This document shows positions 1-9,461 of a stretch of DNA of 48,233 nucleotides, piece by piece. Origin of the DNA: a bacterium. Its GTDB lineage: Bacteria; Patescibacteriota; Minisyncoccia; Phycocordibacterales; UBA918. Where the stretch lies: positions 92,790 through 141,022 of the forward strand of contig JAYSUD010000012.1 of assembly GCA_043719295.1 (NCBI GenBank), read 5' to 3'. The position numbers and the translations under genes were made by a program. The notes below the pieces were generated by a model. It saw nothing but the letters and a program-made list of their open reading frames with translations. It was not told the DNA's origin and ran no database searches. Each line of letters starts with the position of its first letter. Positions within the stretch are counted from its first letter, which is position 1.

Positions 1-355
1 ACTCAAGTAAACTGCGAATTTCTTTTCGTGGAATATCACTCCGAATTTCAGTTTCAAATAAGTACGCACGTTCTTCAGGCAGTGAGACGCGTACATTGGC
101 AATTCCTGTTTTTTCTTTAACCTCCTTAAGTGCTGCACTAAGCTTTGTACCATCGTTCACCACCCCTCGTGCAAGTGCTCCTTTCTCAATTGCGATATCA
201 CCCCACTGTGTTAAGTGAAGTGTTGTACCACTTCTGGTGTCGCGTTTAAACTGAACGTACTTCAACGACGTATCAGATACATCAACTCCAATACACGGAA
301 GTTGAATATACGAAGGTGGTGGAATTATTTTCCCTAACATTTCAAGAACACTCAT
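1..355 (-). CDS. pilM: PilM-like type IV pilus assembly ATPase (actin-like), N-terminal part; gene runs off the left edge
   Basis: Manual minus-strand translation from ATG at 355 (alternative ATG at 340): MSVLEMLGKIIPPPSYIQLPCIGVDVSDTSLKYVQFKRD...VRVSLPEERAYLFETEI. This fits the PilM N-terminal pattern (GxDxGsssxK...). Not in the ORF track because it is truncated by the window edge. Confidence 0.55.
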   Translation of the reverse strand, partial: MSVLEMLGKIIPPPSYIQLPCIGVDVSDTSLKYVQFKRDTRSGTTLHLTQWGDIAIEKGALARGVVNDGTKLSAALKEVKEKTGIANVRVSLPEERAYLFETEIRSDIPRKEIRSLLE

Positions 356-447
356 TGCAATAATTATACGCTGTATCTACAAAATGGTATACAAAAACAA
401 CCCACATGCACCTCTGTAACACATTTAAAATCGCGTACCCAAACTTG

Positions 448-786
448 CTAGTGCACCCGCGTACCTGAAGGTAGTTTAACTTCTGGCATAAGTAACGTGA
501 ATACATCTTCAGTATCACTTGCAAGGATCATCCCCTGACTTTCAAGACCACGGATTATTCGAGGTTCTAAGTTGAGTAAAAATGGACACTGTTTGCCCAC
601 GAGCACTTGAATGTCTTCAAAGTATTCTTTAATTCCTGAAAGAATTTGTCGTGGTTTTTCTTCCCCAACGTCCACCATAAGTTTAAGCAATTTGTCAGCT
701 CCTTCAATTTCTTCAACACTCAAAATTGTCCCGAGTGCAATATCGAGCTTTAAAAAATCAGCATACGTAATCATTTCCTTTTCCAT
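448..786 (-). CDS. tRNA-binding domain protein (CsaA / MetRS C-terminal EMAP-like OB fold)
   Basis: 112-aa ORF. It contains KLLKLMVDVGEE.PRQILSGIKEYF...LVGKQCPFLLNLEPRIIRGLESQGMILA, typical of stand-alone tRNA-binding OB-fold proteins. Confidence 0.8.
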   Translation of the reverse strand: MEKEMITYADFLKLDIALGTILSVEEIEGADKLLKLMVDVGEEKPRQILSGIKEYFEDIQVLVGKQCPFLLNLEPRIIRGLESQGMILASDTEDVFTLLMPEVKLPSGTRVH

Positions 787-790
787 ACAA

Positions 791-1171
791 TTATTTTTTA
801 CGCATCAAGTAACTATTAAGAATAATTGAAGCTGCTGCAGCGTCTGTTTTATCGGTACGACCCTGAAACCGAAGTGCTTCTTGTGTGGTGTACTGCTCTG
901 GTTCTAAGTGAACAGGGATACCTGTTTGTAGTGTTAAATCAGTTACTAGTTCAGTGACTTTGTTTTGTATTTTATTCGGAACTCCGTCTTTCCCTAAAGA
1001 AAGTCCAATAATAATTTCTCCAACTTGTTTCTCTTCAATAAGTGACACGAGTCGGTTTAACAAGTTCTCATCATTTGTGAGGGTATCATGAGGAAATGCC
1101 ATCATTCCCTTATCATCAGTAAAGGCAATCCCTACCCGCTTCTTCCCATAATCAATTCCCATTTTTCGCAT
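791..1171 (-). CDS. ruvX: Holliday junction resolvase-like protein RuvX/YqgF
   Basis: MRKMGIDYGKKRVGIAFTD... is the YqgF signature. Start trimmed to the ATG at 1171; the longer ORF (to 1270) would overlap the divergent HNH gene start. Confidence 0.85.
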   Translation of the reverse strand: MRKMGIDYGKKRVGIAFTDDKGMMAFPHDTLTNDENLLNRLVSLIEEKQVGEIIIGLSLGKDGVPNKIQNKVTELVTDLTLQTGIPVHLEPEQYTTQEALRFQGRTDKTDAAAASIILNSYLMRKK

Positions 1172-1235
1172 GTATCCTAGAATACCACAAAGGTGGATAA
1201 GTTTTATATATGGTTGACAGGTTAAATGATATAAT

Positions 1236-1697
1236 ATGAAAATGTTTCGTAATCCAAATTCTGCTTGCAAGATTTGCGGAAAAAGAGTGTACAGACGACC
1301 ATCTCAAATAACAGCTAGCGGCGTCTACTGTTCACTTATTTGTAATGGCCTCAGTCAACGTGTCGAAAAAAAGTGCAAAATTTGTTCAGAGAAATACATT
1401 GGAAATAAGAAAACTTGTTCCCGTTCATGTGCAAATAAGTCACGTACTGGCATAAACTATACAAAAGAAAATAAATTCAATAATGCATATAAGGGTACCC
1501 TACTTAAAGAAAAAGTCGCTCAAAAGCGTGGGGGTGTTTGCGAAAAATGTCACATGGAAAACTATGCGATTTTACAAATACACCATAAAAAGGAGCGATA
1601 TAAGGGCGGTGCTGATGCGATGATGAATTTAGAACTTTTGTGTCCTAACTGCCACACTGCACACCACCTTGGAAACAGTTTGTATAAAGAAAAATAA
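1236..1697 (+). CDS. HNH endonuclease with N-terminal Cys-rich (Zn-ribbon-like) region
   Basis: C-terminal HHKKERYKGG...NLELLCPNCHTAHH is an HNH motif. CKICGK...CSLIC and CKICSE...CSRSC are Cys clusters. Confidence 0.75.
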   Translation: MKMFRNPNSACKICGKRVYRRPSQITASGVYCSLICNGLSQRVEKKCKICSEKYIGNKKTCSRSCANKSRTGINYTKENKFNNAYKGTLLKEKVAQKRGGVCEKCHMENYAILQIHHKKERYKGGADAMMNLELLCPNCHTAHHLGNSLYKEK

Positions 1698-1726
1698 ATG
1701 ATATAGTTCTCACGCACATTCAATAT

Positions 1727-1814
1727 GGAGAGATGCCGGAGTGGTCGATCGGATTTGTCTTGAAAACAAACGTACTGAAAGGTACCGAGGGTTCGAATCC
1801 CTCTCTCTCCGCCA
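1727..1814 (+). tRNA. tRNA-Ser (anticodon UGA), CCA encoded
   Basis: Hand-folded cloverleaf. Acceptor GGAGAGA/TCTCTCC, anticodon stem TTTGT/ACAAA with loop CTTGAAA, long variable arm GTAC-TGAAAG-GTAC, T arm GAGGG-TTCGAAT-CCCTC, discriminator G plus CCA. Confidence 0.9.
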
Positions 1815-1850
1815 AGTCGTGCTAGCACGAGACGCGTCGTTGAGGCGTAC

Positions 1851-1883
1851 AAAAAGACCTGTCATAATGACAGGTCTTTTTGT
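1851..1883. terminator. Bidirectional rho-independent terminator (tRNA-Ser and the convergent minus-strand gene)
   Basis: aaaaAGACCTGTCataatGACAGGTCTtttt: a 9-bp perfect stem flanked by an A-run and a T-run. Confidence 0.8.
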
Positions 1884-1890
1884 TGGGTCT

Positions 1891-2499
1891 TTACTCCTCA
1901 ACAGTAGCAGAATCTATTTCTCTTCGGCGTTCATCTAGCGTCTGTTCACCATACTCCCAAAACACGGGACCTTGTACTGGATATGGCACTCCTAAAGCTT
2001 TCTGAGCAGCTTTGGACAAACTCATAACTTCGTTCCGATATGAAACGTTACCTCCGTCTACAACAGTGCAGAAAATCCTTTCGTCGCGCGTAAAAGTCAG
2101 CATGGCACCAACTGGGATTTCATAACGCACAAAATCAAAACGTTTCTTATGCCTCTTAACCCTTGCGAGTGCCTGTCGATCTCCTTCCTCTTCAACGAAA
2201 TCTTCTCTTGGAGTAATGTCCTTGAGCTGTCTTAGTTTGATCACGGCCACAACACGTTCTGGTGTTTCGGTAAAAAACTCTCGATTTGGTGCCACTCGAG
2301 TTCGACCAAATGCTTCGTGAATTTGTTTTTCAACAAAATCAACATCGTCAACTTCGGCGGCATAGAATACTTCAAATGGAAGAGGCACTCCGGTAGCTCG
2401 GGAAAGATCTTTCACTCTAGTACCTAAGTCACCCGTTTTACCAATCTTGATATAACCGGGCATAGCTTCATTGGTAAGTATATAGATTATTCCAATCAT
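1891..2499 (-). CDS. T5orf172 / GIY-YIG-like domain protein with C-terminal extension
   Basis: N-terminus GIIYILTNEAMPGYIKIGKTGDLGTRVKDL...EKQIHEAF...NREFF matches the T5orf172 (MUG113) GIY-YIG-like pattern. Confidence 0.65.
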   Translation of the reverse strand: MIGIIYILTNEAMPGYIKIGKTGDLGTRVKDLSRATGVPLPFEVFYAAEVDDVDFVEKQIHEAFGRTRVAPNREFFTETPERVVAVIKLRQLKDITPREDFVEEEGDRQALARVKRHKKRFDFVRYEIPVGAMLTFTRDERIFCTVVDGGNVSYRNEVMSLSKAAQKALGVPYPVQGPVFWEYGEQTLDERRREIDSATVEE

Positions 2500-2572
2500 A
2501 ATTATTTTGTTACGCTTCTTTCCATCAATAGACTCAAAATGTTGATCTATATACTGGTACAGTCATGTATTT

Positions 2573-5500
2573 TCACCGAGTATCTAGTAAGGATATTTCA
2601 AAATCTTCATAAAGCTTGTCTAGAATATCTTTGGTTTCAAGAATAAAGAATTCGCCCAATTTTTCTCTATTAAGGCGTACGTACTTTCTGTAGATTTTTT
2701 CAAAATCTACATATACCTCATCTTCGTTGAATCTAACTCCAATGTCTTTAATTTTAGCAATAAGAACTTGTCCATTTTCTGATTTGGGAATGTACTCAAA
2801 GAATGCATCTATCTTCTTTTCAAACTCAACAATTAACTGTTCAATTAGTGCTTCTTCCTCATTTTTCTTAGCGATTATAGCTAATATATTATACTTTTGT
2901 TTTTTACCTAATCCGCCACCTTCTTTCTCTTTCTTCTTTTTCTTACCTTTAACTTCTGGAGGTTCAACAATTCCTATTTTGTCATCAAAATAGATTTCCA
3001 CGTCATCTTTAACGTCATCAGGTTTATTTATATTGTTATATTCGTGGTTATATCTTTTCCAAAACTCTAAGAAGAAAACATCAACGAATTTCTTATCAAA
3101 ATCAATTAAATATTCTATCAAGTTAAGAATATGGAAGTAGTGATTTATCTGTTTTTTCAACTTCTTACTACGCTCAGGATTTCCGCGAATATGCTTAATT
3201 ATTGCATCTTCAAAATCTAAAAACTTTACAACATTTCTATCTTTTTCTTTCCAAATTTCAGAAAAGAAATCAAAATAGTTTGTATATAACTCACTTTGTT
3301 TCAATTCATCATAGATCTTATCAAGAAACTTTAACTCCCCGAATGGGTCAAAGTCGCTGACCACAACATCACTAAAGTGTTCAAACGCTTTCTTTATATT
3401 ACCTACGTTGATGTTTTTATAAGAGAAATCGACAATTTTACAATCGCTCTTATTTTTCATGGTTCTGTTCACTCTTGAAATAGTTTGAATAGCATTGATG
3501 TCACGTATTTCTTTATCAAGAAAGAGCGTATGCAAACGAGGCTCATCGTAGCCTGTTTGTAATTTGTCTACTACAATAATTAGACCGTTCTTAGCAAGAG
3601 CAAATTCTTGCAGAACCTTCTGCTCAGTTAGACCTTTATTGTAGTAGCTAGAACGAGACTGATCTTGTCCACCCCCACTGTATACAATATAGATAGGTGC
3701 CTCTTTATATTTGCTGTAGTTTGGATTTTTAACTATTTCCGCAAAATGCTTTTCAATTGCATCTTTATATTTTATTGCGTTCTTTATTGATGAAGTAGCA
3801 AGCATGGCCTTTGCTTGTCCACGAATTTTGTTATATGTAGTCTGCACTAGTCTATCGACAATAAACTTTGATACTGCTTCAATTCTGTCTTCGTTATCGT
3901 AAACCTTCTTTTTGATAATGCGATACTCTTTTTCCTTGTCCGTAACACCTTTTGTCAGATCATCTGGCAACTCATAAAACATTTTTGCAGAAACCGGCAC
4001 TATACCTTTAAGTGGATTTAAAATAAATCCATCTTCAATCGCTTCTCGCATCGTGTAACTGTCAAAAGGTACCCAGATTTTCTCCCCTTCAGCGTATTTA
4101 TTATATTCACCAAATCTAGCGAGAGTATGGTCACTTGGAGTTGCTGTAAAACCGATGATAAGATTCTTTTTCTTCTTCTCTTTTTTGTATGCATCACTCT
4201 TATCAAAAGAGTACTGTAGCTCATCAAAGAGGCTTACCATCTCTTCATTCTGGACACCACTATTTGAGCGGTGAATTTCGTCTATTAGAAAAACCACTCG
4301 TAATTTAGATAATTTTTTGATCGCTGAAGTATCAAGAATTTCTTTGATATCTGTAAATTTTTGGAGGTTAACAATAACTATTCTGGTATCAGATTTTAGT
4401 GCTTCCAAAAAAGTCTTTTTATTGTATGCCTCAATGAACATTTTATTCTCTATGTTCATATTAAACATCTTGGTATCAAGCTGGTCTCTAAGTTGAACAC
4501 GATCAACGACTAACATGACCTTGTCGTAGACATAAGAACCGTCTTTCTTCAGGTCTTTTAGTTGAAGCGCGGACCACCCAATGATGTTACTTTTACCGAA
4601 CCCAGCCGCGTACTGTAAAAGCAAAGAATACACAGTTCTATTGTTCTGGTATGCCATCCTTTTTTCTATCAGTTTTCTTTTTACGTCTTCGCTCACTCCA
4701 GAAAGTTCAGCTTCCAGTTTATTCAGGAAATAGTCATCGTCACCCTCGTGAACCAGAAACTCATCAATTTTTGCCATGATTTTATCTGTTCCGTATTTTT
4801 GCTTTGGTCGTGGACTAACCAAAACACCCTTAACGTTTTTGAGTGACTTCCCTGCACTTGTTCTAATAGCTTCTCGCTCGATGTAGTTGTAGTACAGAAT
4901 CTCCTTCTCAATCATCTTTTTTGAGTATAGAGCCGTAAAAATTTCTTTCATCTTATCGGCCTTTTTTAGACTGTCTCTATGAACCGGATATGGATAGAAA
5001 CTTTTTACAGTGGCTATTTCATAGGCATCAAAATTTCCTTTTCCTTCCGATGAAATACTTTTAATTTCATCAAAATTATTTGTTAAGTTTCTTATAATAT
5101 AGGTATCCTCGACATCAGTAGTTGTAATGTGAACGGCTTTCTCAAAAACTTTAAGGAAATCTTTTCGAATAGTCTGGCTTATATCATTCCCATCGGCTAT
5201 CTTCAGATATTCCAATACTGCTTCCTTGTAGTCTTTTACTACCTTACCTCGACCATTTTTTCGTGCATTTTGATTATTATAGTTCGATTTTAATTCGCTG
5301 TATCCAAAAAAAATACCATTTACAAACACGCAGATATCGGGCCTGAACGAAAAAACTCGTTTGTTGTGATGCTCAAAAAAATAAGGTAATTCTTGTACCA
5401 CTGAAAAAACGTTCTGTTCAAAAAGAGAGTCCCCGAACATCTCAGAACCACTTGTATAAAAAAGATGGAAACGAAGTCCTTCAAAAGTGACACTTTTATT

Positions 5501-5782
5501 ATCATTAATAAAAAGTGCCATGTTTCTGTAATTTTTTGCTCTTTCGATTATAAAGTCAACCAGGGCTTTCTTTAGCTTGGCGCTATCGTTCTTGTATTTT
5601 TTAAGTAGCTTTTCATAGTTCTTTTCATTGAGTTCAGTTGAGCTCAAAAATGAAATCAAATCCTCTTCAATGATGAGATTGCTTGTCACTGTATTCGCTT
5701 TAACTTCCTTATAGCCAAGCCCATTTACAACATCGGTAAAGAACGGTATGAGAAATTTTTCCTGTAATTGTTGTTCATTCAT
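2573..5782 (-). CDS. hsdR: Type I restriction enzyme R subunit (HsdR)
   Basis: 1069 aa. N-terminal PD-(D/E)xK-like FRPDICVFVNG..YSELK; helicase motifs AAGFGKSN (I), FLIDEIHRSN (II, DExH) and QTGYDEPRLHTLFLDK (VI-like). Last gene of the M-S-R operon. Confidence 0.9.
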   Translation of the reverse strand: MNEQQLQEKFLIPFFTDVVNGLGYKEVKANTVTSNLIIEEDLISFLSSTELNEKNYEKLLKKYKNDSAKLKKALVDFIIERAKNYRNMALFINDNKSVTFEGLRFHLFYTSGSEMFGDSLFEQNVFSVVQELPYFFEHHNKRVFSFRPDICVFVNGIFFGYSELKSNYNNQNARKNGRGKVVKDYKEAVLEYLKIADGNDISQTIRKDFLKVFEKAVHITTTDVEDTYIIRNLTNNFDEIKSISSEGKGNFDAYEIATVKSFYPYPVHRDSLKKADKMKEIFTALYSKKMIEKEILYYNYIEREAIRTSAGKSLKNVKGVLVSPRPKQKYGTDKIMAKIDEFLVHEGDDDYFLNKLEAELSGVSEDVKRKLIEKRMAYQNNRTVYSLLLQYAAGFGKSNIIGWSALQLKDLKKDGSYVYDKVMLVVDRVQLRDQLDTKMFNMNIENKMFIEAYNKKTFLEALKSDTRIVIVNLQKFTDIKEILDTSAIKKLSKLRVVFLIDEIHRSNSGVQNEEMVSLFDELQYSFDKSDAYKKEKKKKNLIIGFTATPSDHTLARFGEYNKYAEGEKIWVPFDSYTMREAIEDGFILNPLKGIVPVSAKMFYELPDDLTKGVTDKEKEYRIIKKKVYDNEDRIEAVSKFIVDRLVQTTYNKIRGQAKAMLATSSIKNAIKYKDAIEKHFAEIVKNPNYSKYKEAPIYIVYSGGGQDQSRSSYYNKGLTEQKVLQEFALAKNGLIIVVDKLQTGYDEPRLHTLFLDKEIRDINAIQTISRVNRTMKNKSDCKIVDFSYKNINVGNIKKAFEHFSDVVVSDFDPFGELKFLDKIYDELKQSELYTNYFDFFSEIWKEKDRNVVKFLDFEDAIIKHIRGNPERSKKLKKQINHYFHILNLIEYLIDFDKKFVDVFFLEFWKRYNHEYNNINKPDDVKDDVEIYFDDKIGIVEPPEVKGKKKKKEKEGGGLGKKQKYNILAIIAKKNEEEALIEQLIVEFEKKIDAFFEYIPKSENGQVLIAKIKDIGVRFNEDEVYVDFEKIYRKYVRLNREKLGEFFILETKDILDKLYEDFEISLLDTR

Positions 5783-5787
5783 AAAAT

Positions 5788-7089
5788 TTATGTAATTCGT
5801 AACTTGCCAATAACAACTTCGTTAATGAGTGTCTTCTGGTATTCAGATAGCAATGAAATTGTGGCCTCAATATTTTCTATCACCGAATCGACTTTATATA
5901 AATTGGCATCAAGATATTTAACGATTGCTTGTTGTTCTTCAAAGCTCGGTTTAATAACGGGAATTTCAAGTAAGCTTGAATAATTTAAAGTGGAACGGAC
6001 ACCACCCCCAAGATAATTAAATAAATTAATTTTATAGTAGTAATAGTATAGATAGTAATAGTATTTACTTGAAATGCCTGGATTTGCCTTAAGACGAATA
6101 TAAGCAGAACTCATAATTCCATTTTCGTGCACAATACCAACTCTACTTGTCTTAATGTTTTCTAAGTCAATAAGTTTAAACATAAGGTTGTCCTTCTCAA
6201 CAACTTGATAAGTTTCGTAGCTTTGCGGATTTAAACCTGCTGTAGTGTCAAAATCTTTATTAATAACACCTCCATAAGTAAGTGAAAGCACATTTTTACT
6301 ACGGAAACCTTTATTAATTTTTTTTAAATAACTAAAAACATCTTTTCCGCGAAGTATTTCCCACTCACTGGGTACGTTTCCGATAAAATCTATACCACTA
6401 CTTTGTAATTTTGAGGTGCTCAATAAACCCTTAGTCACTGTCTCACAAATAAGCGCTTGTTTATACTCTTTTAACTTTTCCTTCTTATCCTTGAGTAGTT
6501 GTATTTTATTATTAATTTTTATGACTTTAGCATCGAGATAACCTTCAATTGCTACTTGCTCTTGAAGTTCAGGAATTAAAACTGGTAAATTACTAAGAAT
6601 CCCCTGGCTCAGAGAAGTCCTTGTAACAATATTCATTTCTCTTCCGAAAAAATTTCTGTGACTAGCTGCATTGAAATAGTACTTTGAAAAACCACTATAA
6701 AGATAGCAACCTTTTTGTCTAAATCTAATTACGAATCCTGAAAAAACTGCTGTGGGAATTGTCTTCTGACAGGTTGCAGATATTCCTATTTCTGAAATCG
6801 TCTCTGACGTTCTTGTAAAGAAAACGTCACCTTCTTTGACAGAATATAATTTCTGATCTTGTTTTGTTGATTTAGCAAAAGTTTTAACGTCTTTAACTTC
6901 CAATTTGTTGTTGTATACATTACCGTAGCTTACAAACGGGAAACCTGAACCAAAATATTCCGCATCACTACTGACTCCATTCTGGAGAAATCCTAAATCC
7001 TTGAGTCTTTTTGTTGTCCAAATAGAATAAGGACCTTTCAATACTCGCTTGGATTCAGTTCTAGAGATTTTGTTAACTTTGAGTTTCAT
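5788..7089 (-). CDS. hsdS: Type I restriction enzyme specificity subunit (HsdS), two target-recognition domains
   Basis: 433 aa, lying between hsdM and hsdR. Two conserved spacer helices are present (LPVLIPELQEQVAIEGYLDAKV... and IPVIKPSFEEQQAIVKYLDANL...). Confidence 0.85.
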   Translation of the reverse strand: MKLKVNKISRTESKRVLKGPYSIWTTKRLKDLGFLQNGVSSDAEYFGSGFPFVSYGNVYNNKLEVKDVKTFAKSTKQDQKLYSVKEGDVFFTRTSETISEIGISATCQKTIPTAVFSGFVIRFRQKGCYLYSGFSKYYFNAASHRNFFGREMNIVTRTSLSQGILSNLPVLIPELQEQVAIEGYLDAKVIKINNKIQLLKDKKEKLKEYKQALICETVTKGLLSTSKLQSSGIDFIGNVPSEWEILRGKDVFSYLKKINKGFRSKNVLSLTYGGVINKDFDTTAGLNPQSYETYQVVEKDNLMFKLIDLENIKTSRVGIVHENGIMSSAYIRLKANPGISSKYYYYLYYYYYKINLFNYLGGGVRSTLNYSSLLEIPVIKPSFEEQQAIVKYLDANLYKVDSVIENIEATISLLSEYQKTLINEVVIGKLRIT

Positions 7090-7091
7090 AA

Positions 7092-9173
7092 CTAAATTTC
7101 AAGATCTAATTCAAGTCCTTGTAGCTGGGTATTTAAATTATGTAACTCTTTTGTAATCTCATTCAATGACCTTAAATGTTCAGGTTTATAAAAAACTTTG
7201 TTAAAACTCACCTCTACGCCCACAACAGATTCCGAGAGAGTATATGGTTTGGTGACAAACTTCTCCATAAAATCGATGACATTCTTCTGGTTTTGTTTTG
7301 GGTTTGAGCTATATGCAACAACTTCGTAATCTTTTTGATAATCCGGTGTAAGTTCACATGAAATAATAATTTTTTCAGAATCTTTTTTTGTTGATTTTTT
7401 AAAAGATGCTTTGATAACTATCTGACCACAACCAAGTGCTTCACTTTTAGTTCCTGCTTCTTTTACAAGAGTTTCCTTTTTAGGGTCGAAATAGTATTTT
7501 GCCTCGTCAGTATTTACAATGAGATCACCCTCTCGATAATCTAGTTCGGAAATTGATGACTTGAGCGAGTTCTCAAAAAAGTCTTGGAGATTAGTATATT
7601 TTTCTTTGTCAAAGGTAGTAATTTCGAACTCATTAAATGAAATATCACCTTGCGCAATTTTGCTAGGCTTTAACTTTATTGATTTTTCTCGTTTGTCTTC
7701 ACCCCCCTTATCAACCTTAAACGGTAAGACCGATTCGAAACTCTTGCCACTCTCATCAAGATTTGTGAGAATTAAACTTTGCTTATTATAATAGAAATAT
7801 TCTTTATTGAAGATTTTTGTATACTCGTTCTCTTTTAACGCATTAAGTGAACTTACAATCTTTAGGCGATTTGTTTCATCAATTTCTTTCCTTTTTTTGC
7901 CCTTATTCTTTTTGAGTAATGTGTACATATCACTTGCGTCGAGTAACATGACCTTATTCTTTAATTTTGGAGATTTGTTTTTATTTAGGACCCAGAGATA
8001 GGTATAAATATTGGTGTTAAAAAACTCGTCTGTCGGTAACTGAATAATTGCTTCGACAATATCACTCTCAAACAGCTCTTTGCGAATATTACTTTCACCA
8101 CTTCCAGCATCGCCGCTAAATAAAGAAGAACCATTATGCACTTCGATTGCAATTCCGTTTATCGCCATTTTTGATACAAGGTGTTGCATGAATAGCATCT
8201 GCCCGTCTGAAATAGAAGGTAGGTGAGTGTATCGACCCGTCTTATCGTTTTCAATATCACTTTTAAAGTCGCCCCAAGGAATTCCGTACGGAGGGTTTGC
8301 GACAATAACATCAAATGTCTTGTCGTAAAACTGTGTACCTGTGAGGGTGTTTCCATATTCAATATGGGAATCCGGGCGAAATCTACTTTCAATTTTTGCC
8401 AACGCGTACAACTCGTCATTCCAGTCCTGTCCATAAGTAGCCGTTGGTCTTTGGATACTCTTTTTCAATCTGTCTTCAACACCAAAAAGCATATTGCCTC
8501 CACCACAGGTAGAGTCATAAATTGTAATAAAACGATCGTTAACATCTTTCTTTTCGACCTTTGAAGCAACAATTTCCGAAATTAGTGAAATAACGTCATC
8601 AGGAGTGTATTGCTCACCCGCAGTTTCAGCGGAAATATCAGCCCACTTTCGCTTAATGTGTTCTTCAAGAGTTGTGATCTCACTGTTATTAAAAGGCTTT
8701 AGGTCAATTTCAGACCATTTCTTAACAAAAGAGAACAGGATTTTCTTCTTTCTAAGCTGACCTATAATTCCTGAAATATTCAAATACTTATCTTCATCAT
8801 TTCCTTTATCTATACCGAGCAAATCTCTGGTTTCACTATCGAAAGCTTTTAAATATGCGTCAAAGTCAATCTCAAAACCTTTATCATTTAAACAAACATC
8901 CTTAAGAGTCTTATTATTTTTAAATAGCTGACTATTGTATCCTTGCCCTTCATCTTTTGCAGCTTCAAGAAAATCTTTCGTATCAGCATTTTCTCCCAAC
9001 TCCTTTTTTAGACGTTCCGCCATTCTCACCAAACGGCTTTCAACCATCATGAGTGCAAAAAATGGCATCATGAACTTTGGAAAGTCACTTTGTTTGATGC
9101 CCGCACCAATGAGTGAGTCGGCTGTAGACCAAACTTTTGACTCGTACTGCATTATGTCGTTTTTCATATTCAT
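7092..9173 (-). CDS. hsdM: Type I R-M N6-adenine DNA methyltransferase (HsdM) with long C-terminal extension
   Basis: Motif I IYDSTCGGGNMLF and motif IV VIVANPPYG. At 693 aa it is longer than my recollection of typical HsdM. Confidence 0.9.
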   Translation of the reverse strand: MNMKNDIMQYESKVWSTADSLIGAGIKQSDFPKFMMPFFALMMVESRLVRMAERLKKELGENADTKDFLEAAKDEGQGYNSQLFKNNKTLKDVCLNDKGFEIDFDAYLKAFDSETRDLLGIDKGNDEDKYLNISGIIGQLRKKKILFSFVKKWSEIDLKPFNNSEITTLEEHIKRKWADISAETAGEQYTPDDVISLISEIVASKVEKKDVNDRFITIYDSTCGGGNMLFGVEDRLKKSIQRPTATYGQDWNDELYALAKIESRFRPDSHIEYGNTLTGTQFYDKTFDVIVANPPYGIPWGDFKSDIENDKTGRYTHLPSISDGQMLFMQHLVSKMAINGIAIEVHNGSSLFSGDAGSGESNIRKELFESDIVEAIIQLPTDEFFNTNIYTYLWVLNKNKSPKLKNKVMLLDASDMYTLLKKNKGKKRKEIDETNRLKIVSSLNALKENEYTKIFNKEYFYYNKQSLILTNLDESGKSFESVLPFKVDKGGEDKREKSIKLKPSKIAQGDISFNEFEITTFDKEKYTNLQDFFENSLKSSISELDYREGDLIVNTDEAKYYFDPKKETLVKEAGTKSEALGCGQIVIKASFKKSTKKDSEKIIISCELTPDYQKDYEVVAYSSNPKQNQKNVIDFMEKFVTKPYTLSESVVGVEVSFNKVFYKPEHLRSLNEITKELHNLNTQLQGLELDLEI

Positions 9174-9175
9174 AA

Positions 9176-9388
9176 TTAGTTCATTAGTTCATCAACAGTA
9201 GTACCTAAGGCTACTGCAATTTTGGTAAGCGTGTGGACTCGTGGGTCGGGGGTAACCCCCCGTTCAATTTTGGCTATCGTGTGATAGTCGAGTCCTGTTT
9301 CTCTCACGAGATCGCTTTTAGAGAGACCATTCTTTTTTAAGAGTTTTTTTATATTTGCTCCAATTTTCGAATCCATTTTGTCGTTCAT
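9176..9388 (-). CDS. XRE-family helix-turn-helix regulator (possible controller of the R-M operon)
   Basis: 70 aa. LKKNGLSKSDLVRETGLDYHTIAKIERG is an HTH_3 pattern. Its stop lies 2 nt before the hsdM start. Confidence 0.8.
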   Translation of the reverse strand: MNDKMDSKIGANIKKLLKKNGLSKSDLVRETGLDYHTIAKIERGVTPDPRVHTLTKIAVALGTTVDELMN

Positions 9389-9461
9389 GTAAAAGTTTTG
9401 CTTAGCATAATTATACCAAGCTAATACAAAAAGGTTTTCTACTTATGAACAAGTTCCCGAT

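Noticed and set aside
1562-1938. ORFs 1562-1852 (-), 1710-1901 (-) and 1741-1938 (+)
   Set aside because: They overlap tRNA-Ser and its terminator and have no protein-like features.
5998-6075. AT-rich tagtaatagta-type low-complexity stretch in hsdS, encoding KYYYYLYYYYYK, as a phase-variation repeat
   Set aside because: It is not a clean homopolymer or short tandem repeat that would shift the frame. It stays in frame within the second target-recognition domain, so I treat it as odd coding composition only.
2727-9201. Numerous 60-110-aa ORFs antisense or out of frame inside hsdR, hsdM and the serine recombinase
   Set aside because: They are embedded in long genes with clear motifs, have low-complexity translations and lack independent support.
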